Shown: one piece after another, positions 45,486 to 50,566 of the stretch | Layout: each line of letters starts with the position of its first letter | How positions within the stretch are numbered: position 1 is the first letter of the stretch | Assembly (NCBI GenBank): GCA_045637205.1 | Contig: JAZTYY010000011.1 | Location: 1 to 50,566, forward strand | DNA: 50,566 nucleotides | Source of the DNA: Eubacteriales bacterium | GTDB lineage: Bacteria; Bacillota; Clostridia; Oscillospirales; CAG-272 | Reading direction: 5' to 3' | Notes under the pieces: model-generated | Database searches by the model: none | What the model saw: the letters and a program-made list of their open reading frames with translations, nothing else | Told to the model about the DNA's origin: nothing | Translations under genes and position numbers: made by a program

Positions 45486-45514
45486 AAAAATCCACCCGTT
45501 TGGGTGGATTTTTT
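45486..45514. terminator. Bidirectional terminator
   Basis: AAAAATCCACCC-gttt-GGGTGGATTTTT. Confidence 0.85.
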
Positions 45515-45519
45515 ATTTA

Positions 45520-47457
45520 TTATCTTGTTTTATCAGCAATTTCTTTTGCAATCTTCAAGATGAATTCATCGGCTGTCATAGTACCGATGTCACCGTCCTT
45601 ACGAGAACGAACTGCAACTGTGCCTGCTTCAAGCTCCTTACCGCCCACAACGAGCATATAGGGAACCTTTTCCTGCTGAGCATTTCTAATCTTATAGCCG
45701 ATAGTTTCATTTCTTCTATCAACTTCGTTTCTTATGCCAAGAGCAGTAAGCTTTCTTGAGAGCTCGTCGCAATAAGCAACCTGAGCATCACCCATGGGGA
45801 GCATCTTAACCTGAACGGGAGCCATCCAAGTGGGAAGAGCACCTGCATACTTTTCAAGAAGGAGTGCGAGTGTTCTTTCATAGCAACCCATAGAAGTTCT
45901 ATGAATGATATAAGGTGTCTTAAGTGTATTGTCGGAGTCAACGTATTCCATACCGAACTTTTTACCAAGAAGCATATCAACCTGAATTGTAACGATTGTA
46001 TCTTCCTTGCCGAATACGTTCTTACACTGAATGTCGAGCTTAGGGCCATAGAATGCCGCCTCATCGATACCTACAACGTAGTTTTCACGACCGATGTTTG
46101 CATCAAGAAGCTTTTCCATAATGGACTGAGCTTCATCCCACTGTTCAGGAGTGCCCTCGTATTTATCCGTACGCTTGGGATCCCACTGTGAGAAACGGAA
46201 TGTGCAGTCTTCAAGAAGACCGAGAGTTTCAAGACAGTAGAGAGCAAGGTCAAGACAGCCCTTGAATTCTTCTTCAAGCTGTTCGGGACGGAGAACAAGG
46301 TGCCCTTCTGAAATTGTGAACTGACGAACACGAATAAGACCGTGCATTTCACCGCTATCTTCATTTCTGAAGAGTGTGGATGTTTCACCAAGACGCATAG
46401 GAAGGTCACGATATGATCTCTTCTTGTTAAGGAATACCTGGTACTGGAAGGGACATGTCATGGGACGGAGTGCGAAGCATTCCTTTGTTTCATCATCGGG
46501 GTCACCGAGAATGAACATGCCGTCACGGTAGTGATCCCAGTGACCGGAAATTCTATAGAGGTCGCGCTTTGCCATAAGAGGTGTCTTTGTAAGAAGGTAG
46601 CCACGTCTTTGTTCTTCATCTTCAATCCATCTTTGAAGTGTCTGAATTACCTTAGAGCCCTTAGGAAGAATGATGGGCAAGCCCTGACCGATGGAGTCAA
46701 CAGTTGTGAAATATTCAAGCTCACGGCCAATCTTGTTGTGGTCGCGTTTTCTTGCTTCTTCAAGCATTGTGATGTATGCGTTGAGCTCGTCTTTTGATGG
46801 GAATGCAACGCCATAAACTCTTTGGAGCATCTTATTCTTTTGGTCACCCTTCCAATAAGCACCTGTACACTGTGTGAGCTTAACGGCCTTTACAGCGCCT
46901 GTGGAGAAGAGATGAGGTCCGGCACAAAGGTCTGTGAATTCACCCTGTGTATAGAAGCTGATTACAGCATCCTCAGGGAGCTCTTCGATAAGCTGAACCT
47001 TATAGGGCTCGTTCTTTTCGTTCATAAGAGCGATTGCTTCAGCACGGGGAAGCTCACTTCTTGTAATAAGAAGATTTTCTTTAACAATTTTCTTCATTTC
47101 CGCTTCAAGCTTTGAAAGAATTTCGGGAGTGAAGGAAACCTCAGAGTCAAAGTCATAATAGAAGCCGTTTTCTATTGCGGGGCCAATAGTAAGCTTTGTT
47201 TCGGGATAAAGGCGCTTAACAGCCTGTGCAAGAATGTGGCTTGCTGTGTGGTTGAAAACGTGCTTACCGTCAGTATCCTTAAATGTAAGAAGCTCAACAT
47301 CAGCATCATTTTCGATAAGGTGGTTAAGAGCAACAACGTTGCCGTCAACCTTTGCAGCGATTACGCTACGGTCGATTTTCTCTGCAGAACGAGCCGCATC
47401 ATAAACTGTGATGGGGGCATCGAATTCAAGGCAGAGATCTGAAAGTTTGATTTTCAT
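45520..47457 (-). CDS. thrS: Threonine--tRNA ligase
   Basis: HTASHILAQA, DLCAGPH, RDHNKIG, LRPMTCP, AFYGPKLD; start MKIKL at 47457 behind GGAG. Confidence 0.97.
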   Translation of the reverse strand: MKIKLSDLCLEFDAPITVYDAARSAEKIDRSVIAAKVDGNVVALNHLIENDADVELLTFKDTDGKHVFNHTASHILAQAVKRLYPETKLTIGPAIENGFYYDFDSEVSFTPEILSKLEAEMKKIVKENLLITRSELPRAEAIALMNEKNEPYKVQLIEELPEDAVISFYTQGEFTDLCAGPHLFSTGAVKAVKLTQCTGAYWKGDQKNKMLQRVYGVAFPSKDELNAYITMLEEARKRDHNKIGRELEYFTTVDSIGQGLPIILPKGSKVIQTLQRWIEDEEQRRGYLLTKTPLMAKRDLYRISGHWDHYRDGMFILGDPDDETKECFALRPMTCPFQYQVFLNKKRSYRDLPMRLGETSTLFRNEDSGEMHGLIRVRQFTISEGHLVLRPEQLEEEFKGCLDLALYCLETLGLLEDCTFRFSQWDPKRTDKYEGTPEQWDEAQSIMEKLLDANIGRENYVVGIDEAAFYGPKLDIQCKNVFGKEDTIVTIQVDMLLGKKFGMEYVDSDNTLKTPYIIHRTSMGCYERTLALLLEKYAGALPTWMAPVQVKMLPMGDAQVAYCDELSRKLTALGIRNEVDRRNETIGYKIRNAQQEKVPYMLVVGGKELEAGTVAVRSRKDGDIGTMTADEFILKIAKEIADKTR

Positions 47458-47490
47458 AGTTATATCTCCTAATAAATTATTAATAAAAAT

Positions 47491-47685
47491 AAAAACACCC
47501 CAAACGGCAAATGCCGTTCGGGGTGCGATAAACAAAATTTATGCACGGTTCCACCCGAAGTTTTAGCTTCAAAATGTATTCATCGTGACGCACGGGTGGT
47601 ATTACGACTGCTATCTTGAAGGATGTCACAGCAAATCATCCTCTCTCTGAACAAGATGGGGCAGAGGAACGTGTCCCTTGCATTT
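47491..47685 (-). promoter_or_regulatory. T-box riboswitch (Thr, ACC specifier)
   Basis: Minus strand AGAGA and GCTG stem-I motifs, ACC codon, T-box GGGTGGAACCGTG, terminator CACCCCGAACGGC...GCCGTTTGGGGTG-T5. Confidence 0.9.
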
Positions 47686-47694
47686 TTATTTAAA

Positions 47695-48129
47695 TTAGAT
47701 AAGCCCGTTTCTTCTTCTATTATATTCAGAACGGGGATTGTAAACCTCACGCCAGTTAAGGTCACCACGGTCAAGCGCCTGAACAAGAATTTCAGCAGTT
47801 GCAATGTTTGTGGCAACGGGGATATTATGAAGATCGCACATTCTCATCATTTCAGCTTCTTCTTCATTATAAGATGAAGATGAACGAGTATCTCTAAAGT
47901 TGAGAAGAAGGTCGATTTCGTTATATGCAAGACGAGAAGTTATTTGCTGTTCACCGCCATGTTCACCTGTAAGAAGCTTTTCAATCTTCAAGCCGGTAGC
48001 ATCAGAAATATACTTAGCAGTGATACTGGTTGCACAAAGATTGTGCTTACTGAGAATTCCGCAGTAAGCGATACAGAATTGTGTCATAAGTTCTTTTTTC
48101 ATGTCGTGAGCTATAATTGCAATTTCCAT
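47695..48129 (-). CDS. mgsA: Methylglyoxal synthase-like protein (active site divergent)
   Basis: IAIIAHDMKK, GGEQQI, RMCDLHNIPVATNIATA; TTGACA-17-TATAAT promoter at 48208-48236. Confidence 0.75.
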   Translation of the reverse strand: MEIAIIAHDMKKELMTQFCIAYCGILSKHNLCATSITAKYISDATGLKIEKLLTGEHGGEQQITSRLAYNEIDLLLNFRDTRSSSSYNEEEAEMMRMCDLHNIPVATNIATAEILVQALDRGDLNWREVYNPRSEYNRRRNGLI

Positions 48130-48251
48130 CTTTAATCCTTTCTGTATATATACGACTAAAACAACAAAATAAACGAACGAATAAAAATTTACATAACTTA
48201 CGGAAGTATTATATCACAACGGACAAAAGTTGTCAATATTTTTTGCATTAT

Positions 48252-48542
48252 CTAATTCAAAAAATATCCATTTTTTGTGATATTTTTTATAAGTGCGCGC
48301 GAATAAATGCATTTTGCCTTTTTATTTATGCTTGAAATGTGAAAAGCAATGTTTTCTTTAGTTAATTCAAGGTTAGCAATTGCTGATATTTGTTCAGCAG
48401 AAAGAGGAGAAGGTGTGTTTTGTATTAACGTTTTCAATATTATATATTCCGTTTTAGTAAGGCATAATTCATAACCGAGAAGAACAACTTGGTTTTCATT
48501 TTGGGCTACGTATAAGCTGTTATGTTTTATATAGTTTTGCAT
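48252..48542 (-). CDS. Stand-alone OmpR/PhoB-type winged-helix DNA-binding domain protein
   Basis: LTKTEYIILKTL...LSAEQI...IAFHISSINKK...LIKNITKNGY; no receiver domain. Confidence 0.65.
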   Translation of the reverse strand: MQNYIKHNSLYVAQNENQVVLLGYELCLTKTEYIILKTLIQNTPSPLSAEQISAIANLELTKENIAFHISSINKKAKCIYSRALIKNITKNGYFLN

Positions 48543-48563
48543 AATTCAATTCATATTAAAGCA

Positions 48564-48589
48564 AATCCAAGCCCCGCGGGGCTTGGATT
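48564..48589 (-). terminator. valS terminator
   Basis: AATCCAAGCCC...GGGCTTGGATT. Confidence 0.7.
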
Positions 48590-48597
48590 AATGTTTT

Positions 48598-50566
48598 TTA
48601 GTTAAGCTTTGCAAGTGCCGCAAGAACACCGTCAAGGTTTTCTTGATACTTAGCCATCTTTGCCTTTTCACCTTCAACTACAGCTGCAGGCGCTTTAGCA
48701 ACGAAGCCTTCATTTGAGAGCTTCTTAACTATTCTGTCAATTTCACCTTCAAGGCGTTTCTTTTCACTCTCGAGTCTTGCCTTTTCCTTTTCAAAGTCGA
48801 TAATATCGGACAAGGGAAGGTAGATGGTTGCAGAGTCTGTGATGATTTGAACAGAGTTGTCAGCGCTTACCTCATCACCGAACTTTTCAGCAACGAGGAG
48901 TTCACTTGCAGATGCAAGACGAACGAAGAATGCTTCACTTGATGCACCGAAAATATCAAGATACTTTGTTTCGATAAATACCTTTGCCTTCTTTGAAGGA
49001 GGAACGTTCATCTCACTTCTTCTTGTACGAATTGCTGTAATGGCATCAATAATTTTTGTCATCTTTTCAGCATCGTTTGAGAAGCAAAGAGCATCATTGT
49101 ATTCAGGATACTTGTCAATCATAATGCTTTCTACACTATGGGGAAGTGACTGATAGATTTCTTCAGTAATGAAGGGCATGAAGGGGTGAAGGAGCTTGAG
49201 TGTTCCGTTAAGAACGTAAGCAATTACGTTTTGGCAAACGAGATTTGCTTCAGTTTCCTTTTCATTGAATCTTGCCTTTGCAAGCTCGATGTACCAGTCA
49301 CAGAAGATATCCCATGTGAATGAGTAGATTTCAGCAAGAGCAACACCAACCTCAAATCTGTCAAGGTTAGTAACAACGCTCTTTGTGAGCTCGTTGAACT
49401 TTGTAAGAATCCACTTGTCTTCAAGGGCGAGCTTTGATTCTTCGGGAAGATTGATTTCGTCGATTGTAAGGTTCATTCTTACGAAACGAGAAGCGTTCCA
49501 AAGCTTGTTAGCAAAGTTTCTTGCTGCTTCAATCTTTTCATCAGAGAATCTCATATCATTTCCTGGTGAGTTACCAGTTGCCAATGCAAAACGAAGCGCG
49601 TCAGCACCGTATTTATCAATAATTTCAAGGGGATCGATACCGTTGCCCAAGGACTTGGACATCTTTCTACCCTGAGCATCTCTAACAAGACCGTGAATGA
49701 ATACGGTAGAGAAGGGCTTTTGACCCATATGCTCAAGACCTGAGAAAATCATACGAGAAACCCAGAACGTGATAATATCGTAACCTGTTACAAGTACGCT
49801 TGTGGGATAGTATTTTGCAAGATCCTCTGTACTTTCGGGCCAACCGAGTGTTGAGAAAGGCCAAAGAGCAGATGAGAACCAAGTGTCAAGCACATCCTCG
49901 TCCTGATGAACAGGCTTTCCACACTTTGGACATACTGTGATATCTTCTTTAGAAACTGTCATTTCACCACAATCGTCACAGTAGAACGCAGGGATTCTGT
50001 GTCCCCACCAAAGCTGACGAGAGATGCACCAGTCAAGGATATTATTCATCCAGTTAAAATAGTTCTTTGAGAATCTTTCGGGAATAAAGTTGATGTCACC
50101 GTTTTCAACTGCTTCAATAGCAGGCTGTGCAAGGGGTTTCATCTTAACGAACCACTGGTCACTTGTCATAGGCTCAACAACTGTACCACAACGGTAGCAA
50201 GCACCAACGTTATGATCGTGAGCAACTGTCTTTACAAGGAATCCCTCAGCTTCAAGGTCAGCAACAAGTGCTTTACGGCAGGTGTATCTATCCATACCCT
50301 CATACTTACCTGCATATGCGTTCATTGTTGCATCGTCGTTCATAACCTTGATTTGCTCAAGGTCGTGACGCTGACCAACAAGGAAGTCGTTGGGGTCATG
50401 TGCAGGAGTAATCTTAACGCAACCTGTACCAAAGCCGATTTCAACGTAATCGTCTGCGATAACGGGAATTTCACGGTTTACGATGGGTAAAATAAGAGTT
50501 TTTCCGATGAGATGCTTTGTGTTTTCGTCCTCGGGGTTAACTGCCACCGCTGTGTCACCGAACATT
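48598..50566 (-). CDS. valS: Valine--tRNA ligase (5' part outside the window)
   Basis: GTGCVKITPAHDPND, DWCISRQLWWGHRIP, DTWFSSALWPF, KMSKS, C-terminal coiled coil. Confidence 0.97.
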   Translation of the reverse strand, partial: MFGDTAVAVNPEDENTKHLIGKTLILPIVNREIPVIADDYVEIGFGTGCVKITPAHDPNDFLVGQRHDLEQIKVMNDDATMNAYAGKYEGMDRYTCRKALVADLEAEGFLVKTVAHDHNVGACYRCGTVVEPMTSDQWFVKMKPLAQPAIEAVENGDINFIPERFSKNYFNWMNNILDWCISRQLWWGHRIPAFYCDDCGEMTVSKEDITVCPKCGKPVHQDEDVLDTWFSSALWPFSTLGWPESTEDLAKYYPTSVLVTGYDIITFWVSRMIFSGLEHMGQKPFSTVFIHGLVRDAQGRKMSKSLGNGIDPLEIIDKYGADALRFALATGNSPGNDMRFSDEKIEAARNFANKLWNASRFVRMNLTIDEINLPEESKLALEDKWILTKFNELTKSVVTNLDRFEVGVALAEIYSFTWDIFCDWYIELAKARFNEKETEANLVCQNVIAYVLNGTLKLLHPFMPFITEEIYQSLPHSVESIMIDKYPEYNDALCFSNDAEKMTKIIDAITAIRTRRSEMNVPPSKKAKVFIETKYLDIFGASSEAFFVRLASASELLVAEKFGDEVSADNSVQIITDSATIYLPLSDIIDFEKEKARLESEKKRLEGEIDRIVKKLSNEGFVAKAPAAVVEGEKAKMAKYQENLDGVLAALAKLN

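Noticed and set aside
47458-47877. thrS upstream extension and short ORFs over the T-box
   Set aside because: The region is explained by the T-box leader and mgsA

Overview
AT-rich Firmicute (Clostridia-like, probably spore-forming) chromosomal segment with no integrase, transposase, prophage or CRISPR array. In order: (1) an AT-rich block with a secreted putative Cys-peptidase, two lipoproteins sharing a leader sequence, and an ECF sigma/anti-sigma pair; (2) housekeeping genes (FAD oxidoreductase, rpmB, eno) and a nucleoside kinase behind a compact purine riboswitch with ON-switch architecture; (3) a ~16 kb TetR-associated locus (MaoC, Bcd-EtfBA, thiolase, SDR, atypical KAS-III, Liv-type ABC importer, CoA transferase, two alpha/beta hydrolases including a PhaZ-like one) that reads as import and fermentation of (R)-3-hydroxybutyrate/PHB oligomers; (4) a sigmaE-type spore coat gene; (5) a ~9 kb acyl-lipid operon with two adenylating enzymes, two carrier domains, two PlsC-type acyltransferases, a GPH-type MFS transporter and an LRAT-PPTase fusion; (6) a tandem array of six zinc-ribbon/3-TM paralogs; (7) tRNA-Ser(GCT) with a duplicated 3' end and a small gene flanked by 20-bp inverted repeats; (8) a GtrA-family gene, mntP, T-box-thrS, a degenerate mgsA and valS (partial). 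All family calls come from motif recognition by eye; no searches were run.
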